From the NCBI GenBank assembly GCA_038087875.1, contig CM075979.1:87048001-87112000 (forward strand): 64,000 bases of DNA, given 5' to 3'. Below are positions 36,991 to 51,216 of this stretch, piece after piece. A program made the translations under genes and the position numbers. Source of the DNA: Malacoraja senta (taxonomy: Eukaryota). The notes beneath the pieces were generated by a model, which searched no databases, was not told the DNA's origin, and worked only from the letters and a program-made list of their open reading frames with translations. Position 1 is the first letter of the stretch. Each line of letters begins with the position of its first letter.

Positions 36991-38527
36991 GATGAATCTT
37001 ATGAACACTTTCAGAGACATTCTATGTTGTGTTGATGTTTTTATTTTCTACATTTTTATTTTGTTTTTTTTTGTAATTAGTTACTTAGAAATAGAGAAGC
37101 ACTAAATGTTCCTGTAACATTTATTATACTAGTTGGCATCTTAGAATCTCGATGAGAGCGGTGTGAGCCTATGGCAGGGGCAGTGGAAGTACTACTGCAC
37201 AGTAACAGCGAGTACATATTATGGGAGGTAATGTGTTGGGATTGATTGAAAATTGGTTGGCAGATGGAGAAAAGAGAGATCAGTGCTTGAGCCCAGGCTA
37301 TTCATAATATACAGTACACCAATGACTAGAATGACGAAACAAAATGTTTTATTTCAAACTCTGACACTAAACTGAGTTCAATGTTTATTCAAGAAAGATG
37401 TTCTGTGGACCTGAGACCAAAAAAAACCCAAACAGTATACATGTGTGAATGGTTCAGATAGGTAGTAAAGCTCTTCTTGGCTATTAGAACACCTACCGTG
37501 GATTCAAGTTAGCACGAGATACTTTAACTTTGCCGCAGTTATCAGCCACATGATGGGTGATGGCCAGAAATAAAATGTTTGCTTTTGTATGATGGGAAAA
37601 GACACTGGAGTTTCTGAATCTGGAACAAAAAACAGGGCACTGGGAGAACTCAGCGGCTCTTGATTGCAGTATTTTGGTTTGACACCCTGCATCATTTGCA
37701 ATATACTGGCCAGCACTGAATCAACGTCTGGAACAGCTTTTTGGGTTCTGAACACCTCCCAAAATAATAATTCTCTTAAAAAGACAGTTGCAAATGAGGT
37801 TGAGCTTAGTGCAACTGAATTTTACTGACAGAAATAATGAATGTCAGAAATTAAAAACGCCATCTCAGGTACGGATCTAAAGAGGCAATATTTCAGGTCA
37901 ATTATCACAACTGAATTTAGAATTTTCCTGATAAAATAGACAAAGAAAACCTTTCTGCATGTTGATTTTTGTGAAAAGGGACCTAAAAATCTCCTTATGA
38001 ACAGTAATTCCAAAGAGTCGGAAGTTAAATCCATGGGGCATCTACCACCATGCATCATACCTCAGAGGAAGGAAGGACAACTTTTGTATGTCAGATTTTC
38101 ATGTCAGAGAAAAACATTTTTGACAAACAGAATTTTTCTTGGGAGGAAAAATGTGCCAGACTTACATGGGCATCCCCTTATTTCCTGATATACAAAGCAA
38201 GCTGAACAACTATCAAATTAGTGAAAGACACTTTACACAAGTAAATGTTTGCATGCATTTCCTTCTTTCAGTATGAAACTTTGTTTGGCAAGTACCTCTT
38301 AAAATAACGGGCTACTTTAGATAGAGTCATAAAGCATGAGAACAGGCCCATCAGCCCAACTTGTGCAAGCTGACCAAAATGTCTAACTGAGCTCGCCCCT
38401 TTTGCCTGCGTCTGGGCTATATCTCTCCGAGCCTTTCTTATAAGATATATAGCATGAATTTTTCAAAGACAATTGCATATCAGGTTGAGGTTAAAGCAAT
38501 TGAAATTTACTGACAGAACCAATATTG

Positions 38528-41160
38528 TCATAGAGTCATACAGCATGTAAACAGGCCCTTCGGTCCAACTCGTCCACACCAGCCAAATATGTCCCAGCTA
38601 CACTAGTCCCACTTGCCTGCGCTTGGTCCATATCCCGCCAAACCCATCCTATCCATATACCTGTCCAACTGTTTCTTAAACGATGGGATAGTCCCAGCCT
38701 CAACTACCTCCTCTGGCAGCTTGTCCCATACACCCACCACTCTTTGTGTGAAAAAGTTACCCCTCGGATTCCTATCAAATCTTTTCCCCTTCACCTGGAA
38801 CCTATGTCCTCTGGTCCTTGATTCCCCCACTCTGGGTAAAAGACTTCCCGATCTATTCCTCTCATGATTTTGTGCACCACTATAAGATCACCCCTCATCC
38901 TCCTGCGCTCCACGGAATAGAGACTAAGCCTACTCAACCTCTCCCTCTAGTTCACACCCTCTAGTCCTGGCAACATCCTCGTAAATCTTTTCTGAAACCT
39001 TTTAAGCTTGACAATATCTTTCCTATAACATGGTGCCCAGAACTGAATACAATATTCTAAATGCGGTCTCACCAGCGTCTTATACAACTGCAACATGACC
39101 TCCCAACTTCTATACTCAATACTCTGCCTGATGAAGGCCAAAGGGCCAAAAGACATTTTGACCACCTTAACTACCTGTGACTCGACCTTCAAGGAACCAT
39201 GCACCTGTACTCCTAGATCCCTCTGCTCTACAACACTATCCAGAGGCCTACTATTTACTGTGTAGGTCCTGCCCTTGTTCGACGTCCCAAAATGCAACAC
39301 CTCACACCTCTCTGTATTAAATTCCATCAACCATTCCTCCGCCCACCTGGCCAATCGATCCAGATCCTGCTACAATCGTTCACAACCATCTTCACTATCT
39401 GCAAAACCACTCACTTTTGTAACATCAGCAAACTTGCTAATCTTGCCCTGTATGTTTGCATCCAAATAATTGATGTAGATGACAAACAGTAACGGGCCCA
39501 GCACCGAACCCTGAGGCACATCACTAGTCACAGGCACCCAGTCTGAGAAGCAACCTTCCACCATTACCCTCTGCTTCCTTCCATGAAGCCAATTTGCTAT
39601 CCATTCAGCTATCTGTCCTTGGATCCCATGCGATCTAACCTTCCAGAGCAGCCTACCATGCGGAACCTTTTCGAACACCTTACGGAAGTCCATGTACACA
39701 ACATCTACAGCTCTGCCTTTATCAACCATTTTGGTCATGTTTTCAAAAAAATCAATCAGATTTGTGAAACACGACCTCCCACATACAAAACTATGCTGAC
39801 TATCCCTAATCGGCTCTTGCCCATCCAAATGCCTGTATATCCTATCCCTCAGAATACTCTCCAGTAACTTACCAACTACAGATGTTAAGCTCACTGGCCT
39901 ATAGTTCCCAGCATTTTCCCTGCAGCCCTTTTTGAAAAGAGGTACAACATTTGCCATTCTCCAGTCTTCTGGCACCTCTCCTGTATTTAAGGACGACTCA
40001 TAAATTTCAACCAGGGCTCCCGCAATTTCCTCTCTAGTTTCCCACAATGTCTGCGGATATATCAGATCATTCCCTGCAGATTTGTCTACCTTCAAACATG
40101 ACAGTACCTTCTTCGACAGTAACCCTGACTGCTCTCAAGACACTTCCATTGACTGCTCCAATTTCCTCCGTCCTACTGTCTTTCTCCTCGGTAAATACAG
40201 AGGATAAATACTCATGTAGGACCTTGCCTATCTCCTGTGGCTCCACACAGAGGTGACCGCTTTGATTCCTGAGAGGTCCCACTCTCTCTCCAGTTACCCT
40301 TTTCCCCCTTATGTATTTATAAAATACTTTGGGATTGTCCTTTATGCTACCTCCTATCCCAGAGCTATCTCCTGGCCCCTTTTTTAGGTTAGTTCCAGAA
40401 ACTCCTCCAGTACGATCCCAGCTGCCTATACCTGTCCCATGCATCCTTCTTGTTTTTGACTAACATCTCAATTTCCCACGTCAGCCAAGCTTCCTTACAT
40501 TTGCCTGCTTTGCCCTTCACTCTAACGGGGACGTACACATCCTGAGCTTTCTTCAGTATACTTTTAAAAACATCCCACTAGGCTGATGTTCATTTCCCCT
40601 CGAACAACCTGCTCCACTTGAGCGAGACCTTCTCTCATACCCTCAAATTTGGCCTTACCCCAGTTGAGCACACGTGGACCCTCTCCGTCCCTATCCATAA
40701 CTATCTTAAACCTAATCGAACTGTGGTTACAGGTCCTAAAAGGCTCCTCCACACACACTTCATTAACTTGCCCTTCCCAATTTCCCAATAACAGATCCAG
40801 CGTTGCCCTCTCACATGTGGGGGCCTCCACATACTACTTAAAAAAACTCTCCTGAACAGTTTTGAGGAATTGCACCCCATCTGAACCCTTCTCAATATGA
40901 TTTTCCCAGTATATATTGGGAAAGTTAAAATCCCCTACTACAACAACCTTATTTGACCTGCAGCTCTGCAATCTCCCGGCACATTTGTTCTTCTAATTCC
41001 CGTTGACTTTTCGAGGGTCTGTAGTACATCCCCAACAAGGTGATCATCCCTTTCTTAATCCTCAGCTCCACCCATATAACCTCACTAGACGAATCATCCA
41101 TAAGGTCACCTCTGAAAACAACCGTGACATCCTCCTTAACCAACAATGCAACCCCCCTCC
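38528..41160 (-). mobile_element. CR1 (HER1-like) LINE, long ORF2 remnant, frameshifted
   Basis: NYRPVSLTSVVGK, VYMDFRKVFEKVPH, VPQGSVLGP, FADVTK, YKTLVRPHLEYC; 3' tail shared with the SINEs. Confidence 0.93.
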
Positions 41161-44100
41161 ATTTCAAGTTTAGTCCCAAAGAAATAATATTTCAGGTCAA
41201 TAATACCTGATAAAACCTTACCATCCTGATAAGATGGATGTAGCCAAATGAAAAAACATTTCCCCTTTGTGGTTTTAAATAACATTTTCTTCAGATTGTT
41301 GAGGAATAGGATTGACTGAGTTCATGAATACTTGCATTTAGCTTATGAATCAAATTGAGTTCCATGACCTACAATAATATTTTCAACACAACCATAGTCA
41401 GCAATGTTCAATAACTACTTAAACTGCAACAGCAGCAGAGTTAGCCAATCTCTAGCCAAAGCGCAAAAAGATACAGCACGTCCAATGGATATGCCTGTTG
41501 AGTCATTCAGTCATATTCAGAAGTCAGACTTTCTTCTGATTGAAGAGTTGGAGAAGAGGTCAGAAGATCTACCAGAGTTTGTAAACCTATGGCAAGACAG
41601 ACACTGGACCTTTTTCATGTATCTAGTTTACAAAAAGCATATTTTTAGAAGAGGAATCAATGTAGTACATTTCTTTGCCATCAATATTAAGTTCCGCTAT
41701 TGGATGAAGGAATTATATATTAAACATACTCTTGATCATCAGTCTGCACTGAAAACTTGAAGTAAAATTTAATTGTTTAAGAATTTAGCATTCAGCTTTG
41801 TTAATAAACCATTATTATTCTTTGACATCCAATGTGTCCAATTCCATGTGTCAGAATCAAATGCAGATGACATTACTTTTTCCAAATTGGCAAAAGCCAC
41901 AATTTAGCTACGAATTTGCATGTACTTCCTGCCTGCCATGTTGTGGCAACTTAATGTCAAGTGTATTTTTGAAATGAATCTTTAGAAAATACGTAACGTT
42001 GTAATTTTTTAACATGTAATAAAAAATCTTTGATTACAAGGAAATGGCATGGGGATAAGATTTATTTTCTAATCTTTCCCCTGCTTCAAGGATTCCTATG
42101 TGATTTTTTTAGATGGCTCATTCTACCAGGATACACTGATTGAAGAATCTGCACAATAAGAAATGAAAATCGTGCTTAATAGAACTTTAAAATTATCAGA
42201 ATGAATAGATGGCGCTGCATCTAGCAATAAAGTCTCTCAGTATGGGCAGATCATGTACAAGGAGGGCATGAATAATTTTCATAGCTATATAATTTTAAAA
42301 CTGCAGTATTTATTTTACAGAATACATTGAGATTTCTGCTCAAAACTGTCAAGTCTCTGAGCTGATAGGAGATCCCAGAATGCTTTCGCAATGCCGCAGT
42401 GACCTACATTCTTTACTTAAAAAAAAAAAGATTTATGAAGTTACTGGAAAATAGGTCACACTGTTGGAAAATGTTAAGGATTCCTTAATTAGATTCTATG
42501 ATAAAATGCTTTTTCATCTTAAATTCAAAGTATGCTAAGAAATCCTGACATTAAATTCCAAGTACAAATCGATCAAATTCACCGTTGATACTCTGTTGAC
42601 TTTCAGACCCACTAAATGGTGTGCAGGGCTATCAGAGTACCTTGGTCTGGGGTTCATCAAGGTGTATATTCAAAATCCCTTATCTATTCAGAAATGTGGG
42701 GCTAACAGTGGACTAACTAGTTCGCCTGGTTAAAGTTCATTTGTGATAATCTGAGTCGTACCCAATAACACACAACATAAGCTTTTTCACTGTACCTCGG
42801 AACATGTGACATTAAACTAAACTAGACTAAACTAAAATAACCTAGGTACATGTGTACAGCTCAAATGATCTCAGACGGATGTTTGACAGGCTTGTTTTCA
42901 TTTAGGGTTAGAGATTGATTTCCTACACCCATCTCCAGTTCTATCTGTTTCAATTATTTTCCCCTCGTGGTTCCATAGATGCAGGTAATTTTCAGAATCC
43001 TCCTCGTTAAATCTTGTTGACTTGAGGCAATAACTGTCTTTGTTGCCTAATGTCAATATTACCAACTCCAGTTGAGGAGGAAGACGAACAGCAATCCTGA
43101 AAGATTTGTTTCCCTTTCTAGTTAGTTAATAGTGAGGCCAAGTACAATCTTCACCCGACCTATTATAATAAATGTCAGCTTGGTCATTATGTACCTGGAA
43201 TTGAACCTTAGAAACGGAAGTCGAGTATTCAACTACTTGTAGTCGTTCGGCCACGTGGCTGACCCACACTTCAACTTTTCCTTCTGGTTTGGGAAAGGAA
43301 TTCCAAGCCACTGCTTTTGTTTCTGTGAAAAGGCGCATGCAGATTTCCCTTCCAAATGCCTGAGCTCTTAATGTTACAATTATATCCCCTTGTTTATAAT
43401 TTCTACACCAGAGAAAACAATTTCTCTTCATGAAACCTAACAAATTATAGAATACTTATCAGAGTGAGGTATTTTGTCCCATTGTGTTTTAAGATTCTGG
43501 AAAGTGCTGATTCCCCAATAATGCTAAATTGTCCTTTTCAAATTCTGAACCCATAGCTGCTAAATTTGTATAAGATAATTATAAGCAGTTGAATAAGGGG
43601 TGGGAATTAATGAGCTTTGGCTTCTTCCTGCTCTTTTTCAGACACATACGATTTCATTTATTTATAGATATTGTTTAAGACACTTTATAAATATTCTTGT
43701 TTTGTTTTTTGTATGCTGTTTCACACTTGCTTTTTATTCTTTTATTCTGTTCGAAATAAAGAATTAAATAAATAAATAATAAATAAATAAATTATCAACA
43801 TCTCTTCTGGCAATGCCTTCCAGGATTTAACAATTTGCAGCATCAAAATATCTTGCCTCATTTCTGTTTGGATTTCTAAACATTTCTTAGGGTTCCTTTT
43901 AACATTACAATCACCTCAAATCAGTTCACAATATCCTTTACACAAGGATATAAGAACCAGATTTGTGCAACATCACTCCACAATTTAAACACTCAATATC
44001 CTCTACAAGGCATCATATCAAGCCGATGATACCATGCATGAAATGAAAAGAAGTACTTTAGGTGGAGATTCACAGGGTTCAACATATACCTTTCTCACAC

Positions 44101-47100
44101 TGCGTTGCATTTATCAACAGACTGATTGGATCAGTTCTTCACATATGATATTTAAAACTAAAATTAGATTGTTGTGTGGCGAGGTTGGCATAACCTAATT
44201 CATTAACAAATTGACAAATTACATGGCTTGTTAGACTTCTGAAAGGTGCTCAAACCTGAGTTACCATTGCCACATAGACAATATTAAATGTCAAATGGCA
44301 AAGAAATTGAACGATTAATATATTTATTAATTGTGATGGTTAGGAAGACATCTTCTACCAGATATGATATTTCACGTAACATGTTATAAAAACTCCGGTC
44401 ACAGCAGATGATTAAATGGAACAGCATGAATAGATAGTTAGATGATAATTGGGAAAACGTCTTAGGGTAAGCAGATATTGCTCAAATTTAGGCATGAGTG
44501 CTGTACCCCAGCAGTCCATACTTGTATCCTTGGTTTATGTACATGATTTGGACTTGGTTAAATGGAGCACAATGTTGTTTTGATTCCTCTGTACGTGTCA
44601 AATAAATCACCTTTTATTTAAAGAGAAAACTTTAAAGTGAATACTAACATAATCTCCAGATTCTTTGTGGTGACCTAGTAAGTTTCAGTTTCAGTTGAGT
44701 TTATTAATGTCACATGTACAGAGATACAGTGAAAAGCAAATAAGAAAATAAAGCCAAGAAATCTTTGGGTCAGAGCAACAGTGGGCTGATCATTTGTCTT
44801 CACTGATTTCATTGATCATGACCAGTGTTTCCTCAGGGATGACACAAATCTGGTCACAAATGCTGAAGCTTGTTTACAATATAAAAGTATAGCACGTAGC
44901 AAGCAGAATGCAGAATGGATATGAACACATTTATGGAACAGTCTAACAAGCGGCAGATGCAAGTTCAAGAATCTAGGATGTAGCTACCCAAGCTCTAAAT
45001 GGAGTGAAATATCACTCACAAACCAAACGTTTTGAAATGGTGAAAAGTCTGGTCGTTTTTTGAGGAATAAAGGTGTTCCTGGTCGCAAAGCTGGAGGCAA
45101 AATATTATCAAACTGAAATTATCAACAGAAGACTGAGAACAGAGAAAGGGCTATTTTGGTAATGCAGATGATAGTTGGAACTTCAAGAATACCTTTTCAC
45201 AGTGTAAGATTGAGGCGGACACAATTGCACCTTTTCCGTAAAGAATGGATAAATATTTGAGACGTGTGAAGATATGGTGAGTGAGAAAGACAATGGGAAA
45301 ACTTTCAGATTACTCTAACAATAGGGCAATATTATAAAACCATTTGAATGTCTTTTCTGCGCTGTAGAGTTCTCAAGGTCCACTTGCTAAGCAAAATTAA
45401 TACAATTTAAAGAGTGAACATTCATTGAAACTGTTTAGCTATGAAAAGTAGAGTATTTACTGATACCGTTTAGTTAAGAAAGTAGAAGGTTAAAATCATA
45501 CTACAACTTCTTTTGCAGACCCTGTGTGAACTTTTGTGCATATACAACTTGACGCTGCAGTTGAATGAATATTACCTAATCTTATTTCAAAGGATGAAAA
45601 CATTTATTTGGGTTTAGTATAATGAGACAGTTTCACATTATGGTAACAAACCCTACTGACTGCATTTCAGCAGCAGAGAAAACATTTGCTCAGCTTGCTT
45701 GTCTTATAATTCAGAATATTTTTCTACAGAGGGCACTGCAGCCCAGGTTTCTACCGGCAGAGCTGCAGTACTCATATAAACGTGGCAAACATTAAGCTTG
45801 TGGCCAGCAGGTGCTGGCTGAAAACCTATCAGAGCAGGAAACAGAAAAGGCTATGAATCCTCCAGGCTCCAGTTACAGCCACTGGAGAATATCAATTAAT
45901 ATTAAATGAAGGCTCCAAAGAGGATTTATGTCTAGGGCTGTTCTAGCTCTGAACGAAACAAAGCAATTCTTTTGGGAAATTATTCTTTGCTGTTACTTGG
46001 GTAGAATATATTTAATTTTTGCACATTGTCCTCCACATCCAGCAATTTAAAAGCAAAATATAGGCTGCATTTTTAATGCTAAATGCAGAACCTGCTTTTG
46101 TGCTTCACCCTTGATTCAGCTTCAGAAAGTCACTTGTAGCCTCATATAGATAAACAGATATGAATGATAAAGTAATAAAAGCGCAAAGTGCACACATCTA
46201 ATGTTAAAGAGAATTTACTGCAGATGCTTGAAATCTCAGACTTAACGGAACATGATGGAACTATTGAAGCATCTGTGAAGACAGTTCCAACAGTCACACT
46301 GGCACATGCGTGGCGCAGATATGCCATATTTACCACCTCTAAAAAAAAACATCTACTCGCTAGTGATGATGATCCAGGTCAGAAATCTCATGCAATTTGC
46401 AGATTCATCTCACTCACGCGAATAACTCCAAACACATTGTGACACAAGCTGGATCAGTGACTGAGAAGATCAATTCTACAGGCTTCATAAAATTTTGCCG
46501 AGCACTTCTATTGATTTTACAGAAACTCTTTTAATAAACATCAGTAATGACCTTGTCCTGAATTCCTTTTGAATTTTTTATGCTTGCATTTTTTATGCTA
46601 AACGCGGAACCTGCTTTGTGCCTAGATTCAGCTTCAAAATTACTAGTTAAGAGATACAGCGTGGAAACAGGCCCTTCAGCCCACTGATTCCGCGACGACC
46701 AGCGATCCCCGTACATGAGTTCTCTCCTGCCCACTCGGAACAATTTAAAGCAGCCAATTAACCTCCAAACCTACACTTCTTTCGTCGGAGATTAAGGCCT
46801 GTTTTACATTGCATCTCACCCCGTGTCTTATCAATAATAGATTTTCATGAAGAAGTCTTAATGGTAAACAGTTGTTGCACTCTCATTTTGTGCTGTTTTA
46901 ATGTGTCTTTTAGGTGGTTCATTTCTGGTGAAATTCTGCACTTCACTCCAGCAGAGTGAAGCACTGAAATGAAAGGTCCAACATTTGCAGATATTGGCAG
47001 CAAGGACTTCTTCATGACTGTATGACTTCTTCATGAACATCTATTATTGATAAGACATAGAAAAGAATGACAGATAGAAAAGATTTTGTAGGCTAATTGT

Positions 47101-47212
47101 CAATTGATGGAATGTCCTGTTACATTCTTGTTCTCATTCTATTTCCCCTTGCTCCATTATTGAGTTGTAGTACAAGTACAAAAAGATACAAGTGAGTAAA
47201 AAGCATCCTTAC

Positions 47213-47330
47213 TTCTGACAGTCACCACAATCAATATATCCATTGGTTTCCTTGATGGTGGGGTCATATACAAATGCTGGATACTCTGTGTCGCAGGGCT
47301 GGAACGCATCCAACTTCCGGTGCTTATGAC
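47213..47330 (-). CDS. CACNA2D4: CACNA2D4 coding exon, 118 nt, [38 protein letters not shown](K)
   Basis: tcacag acceptor, GTAAGG donor, phase 1/2; PCDTEYP delta-subunit motif. Confidence 0.96.
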
Positions 47331-47684
47331 CTGTGAATGATAGTTGAAGTAGCATTAACCACCAGTCGAAAGGTTCAGGATGAAGTTCATAGTTGTGTTT
47401 AAAGAAGAGACAAGGAATCCTATACTGAATAACTCAATTCCTAACTCTGCAAAGCCTGTTCACCTTCTACAAGGCTCAAGCCAGAAGAGTGTTGAGATAT
47501 TCGCCACTTGCCTGGATCAGTGCAGGTTCAGCAACACGCAAAATGCTTGACACCATAGAGCACATAGGCACTCCATATACAACCATTCACTCACTCCACA
47601 ACGGACGTACAGTGGCAGCAGTTTGTACTATCTGCAGGATGCACTGCGGTAACTCACCAAGCCAGCACCTACCAAACACATACT

Positions 47685-48012
47685 AGCCCTGTCCCACTGT
47701 ACGAGTTCATTCCAAGAGCTCCCCAAGTTTAAAAAAATCAAACTCGTGGTAAGCACAGAGAATGAACGTAGCGGGTACATCGGAGCTCGGGGACGTCTCT
47801 TAGCGCCTCGTAAAACGCTAACGGCAGGTACTCGGGAAGACTCGCTAACGGCAGGTAAGCACGGGAAGACTCGTGAAGATTTTTCAACACAATGAAAAAT
47901 GTCCACGAGAGCCCCGAGTACCGACGAGTGGCCATTACCGTAAATCTCCGAGTTCAAATCAGGGAAAACTCGGGAGAACTCTTGGAATGAACTCGTACCG
48001 TGGGACAGGGGT
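47685..48012. mobile_element. PIF/Harbinger-type MITE, imperfect ends
   Basis: about 35-bp TIR CCCTGTCCCACTGTACGAGTTCATTCCAAGAG / CTCTTGGAATGAACTCGTACCGTGGGACAGGG. Confidence 0.75.
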
Positions 48013-48969
48013 TTAACCTCTACCAGCCGGAAGGAAAAGAAAGCAAAAGCATCGTAGTACCACTGCCTGGAAAATGTCTTCCAAGAATCAAGAGTGTTTT
48101 ATTGTCACATGTACTGAAATGGAACACTTGCAACAGCACAACACGTTTGCCACACAACATCCTGCCTTGGAAATTTAGTACCCTTTCTTCACCATTTTCG
48201 GGGGATTCTCCAGAACAACATTGTGACTACACCCACACTTCAAGAAGTGCAGCGGTTCAAGAAGGCAGCTCACTATCACCTTCTCAAGGGCAGTTAGGGA
48301 TGGGTAATTAGATGCTGGCTCAGCCTGTGAAGCCCACATGCCTTGAATGAATAAAAATGAGCAACGTTCTTAGAGGTTTTTACTAACTGACTAGCTTCCT
48401 AAATGCAACGAGAGAGGATTATAAAAGGGAGGAGTCAAACGAAAAGTTGTTGAGGGTAAGGACCAGCTCCGCTAGTCTGAAGAAGGGTCACGACCCGAAA
48501 CGTCACCTATCCCTTCACTCCATGGATGCTGCCTCACCCGCTGAGTTTCTCCAGCATTTTTATCTACCTTCTGCTTCCTAAATGCAGATCAGTTGCCTGA
48601 TCTGGCTTGCCCCCACCTACAATGGGCTTGCCCCCACCTACATTAAAAGTCTTCTCACCCACCACACCTATACTCCCAAGCCTTTCTTGACGTCCTCTGA
48701 GCGAGGGCTATATGTATATAAGTATGTAGTTTGTTTGTTTATATTATTCTTATAACAAATGTAAAGCACTTTGGCCAACAAGAGTTGTTTTTTAAATGTG
48801 CTATATAAATAAATGTGACTTGACTTGACTTGACTTGACTTGATCTTCTACCTGGCTCCATAAAAAGTTACTACTAAAATGAGATGATTGGAGTTGGATT
48901 TGAACTTTTTTAAATGTTTACTACATATGTTTCCATCTTATTGATATAATTTTCTCCCCTGAATGTCAT

Positions 48970-49840
48970 ATAAAGTCATAGAGTTAATCAGCACTGATAT
49001 GGGCCCTGTGGCCTGTCACATCCATGCTAATGTTTTTACCCATCTAACAGTAATCCCATTTACCCACATTAAGTCTATTTTCTTAATGCCTTGCCTATGT
49101 AAGTGCTTGTCTAAATGTCTCTTAAACATAGTTAATGCATCTAATTCCACTGCCTCCTCTGGCATTGAATTCCAGATATCACACACACACACTGTAAACA
49201 AAAATCTTTCTCCTCAAATTCCATTTAAAGCTCCTTCCTAACACTTTAAACCGATACCCTCGTGTTTTTGATAGGGTATTGGAAAAAGATTCTGACTATA
49301 TACCATATCCATGTCTCTTACAATTTTGTATACGTCCATCGGTTCACGACTGAGCGTTCTACACTCCACAGAAAACAAACCCAGTCTATCCAATATTTTT
49401 CCATAACTAAAGTCCCCATTCCAGGCACCATCCTGGTAATTTTCCTTCACACTCTCTCCAGTGCAGCCCCATCCGTCCTACAGTGTTTTAACCAGAGCTG
49501 CACACAATACTCTAGGTGGGGGGTCTAACCAGTATTTTGTGAAGCTGCAACACAAAGTCCTGACTTTTACAATGTTTCCCCAACCCAAGGCAAGCATGCC
49601 ATAAATCTTGTTCACAACTCCATCTACCTGTGTTTCAAACAATTTCAGGCATCTATGAACATGAACCTCAAAGTTCCTCTGTTCATTAACATTTGTCAGT
49701 GCCCCACCCTATTCTCAAAATGTATCACTTCAGGTTCGTTGGGATTAAATTCCATTTGGCCATACGCCGCCCAGCTTTCCATCTGATCTATAGGCTACAG
49801 TAGCCTTGGTCAACCTTCCTCACTATCCACAACATCACCA
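48970..49840 (-). mobile_element. old CR1 fragment
   Basis: degenerate IWNSMPEEAVE and LDRLGLFS peptides. Confidence 0.75.
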
Positions 49841-50048
49841 GAGGATTTTTAAAGAAATGACAATTGCAATTGATAAAAGATGTTTTCATTTTTATTTTGA
49901 ATAAGTACAATATATTTTATTAACACATAAAAATAATTAGGTATTTTACAATCTAAGCAGAATCAAATTCATTTCTAAATGCGAAAAGTGTAATGTGTTA
50001 TTATAATAATGCAATGTAGATGTGAATGACCTGGGAGAAGACACTTAC

Positions 50049-50069
50049 CAAAATGGAAGACGGACTTGG
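50049..50069 (-). CDS. CACNA2D4: CACNA2D4 21-nt microexon, (A)KSVFHF(G)
   Basis: ctgctcag|CCAAGTCCGTCTTCCATTTTG|gtaagt, symmetric phase 1/1; AKSVFH matches recalled mammalian alpha2delta-4. Confidence 0.88.
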
Positions 50070-50847
50070 CTGAGCAGGTCACATGACACGTTGACACATG
50101 ACACAGTTCACATGATGATCACAGTCACATGATGAGCGGCAAAATGGATGATAATAATTAATGGAGCAAATGTGTGAAAGAGACAGAGGCAACAGAATTA
50201 GAATGAGAATGATATCAAGTTTGCCAGCCAGAGGCCTGAAGAAAGATTATCTACATGCAGGAACTGCTGTTCTTACTGAATGTAAATGAGCTGATCCTAT
50301 TTGTGTTTCAGCGTATTCGTTGGTATTTTTTGAGTCGGTTTATGACTTGGTATTATCAACTTTTTTGTTTGTTTTATAGAAATCTGCAAAATAGCAATGG
50401 GCGAACATGATGATCCCAGTTTTCCTGGGATTCCTTTCATGCATGACCACTGGGCTATTATTGAAATCCATTTCACTCTTTCCTCTTCTATTAATCAAGT
50501 CACCTCCTTTAGATAGAATTGAGAACGACCAAATATCAGCTCTTTCACATTCACAGAAAAGTTTCATTGCCAACTGTTGGACTTTTATTTTAACTAAGAT
50601 TTATTTCTAACAAAACTCGATGATTGCTAAATGACTACAAAAGATTTTTGTTGGCATCTTTAAAAAAGACATTAGATGAGCAAAAGAACCATGATATCGA
50701 TTTCTGTCTGGATATTGCATTTACAAATACAAATGCATTTGAAAATGGAGCAGATTCCAAAAAAAATCTCAGTTCCATTACTCTGTTTACAAAAATGGAG
50801 TAGAGAACATGGTTTCATCAGCTTATATAAACAAATCTTTTACTTAC

Positions 50848-50903
50848 CATTTACCATGTTATCTACATTCCACAGGCTACAAATATGGAATTCAACCAAA
50901 ACT
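50848..50903 (-). CDS. CACNA2D4: CACNA2D4 coding exon, 56 nt, VLVEFHICSLWNVDNMVN(A)
   Basis: ttttgcag acceptor, GTAAGT donor, phase 2/1. Confidence 0.9.
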
Positions 50904-51216
50904 CTGCAAAATTTAAGGAGATATTGTCTCACAGATTATCAACAACCTCATGTTACAACACCAGTTCTCAAGGGACATATTACAATGCATCACTTGATAG
51001 AAATAATATGAGACTGTACGGGCTCTTCTCTTTCCAAGACTGGATGTTTTCAAGAGAGAGTTAGATTTAGCTCTTAGGGCAAAAGGAGTCAAGGGATATG
51101 GGAGAAAAATCAGGAACTGGGTATGGATTTTAGATGATCAGCCATGATCATATTGAATGTTGGTGCTGGCTCGAAGGGCCGAATGGCCTACTCCTGCACC
51201 TATTTTTCTATAATGC

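Noticed and set aside
41404-41760. 118-aa plus-strand ORF as a nested gene in the large intron
   Set aside because: No recognisable domain or exon structure; the length is compatible with chance. No LRTM-like leucine-rich-repeat gene was seen in this window.
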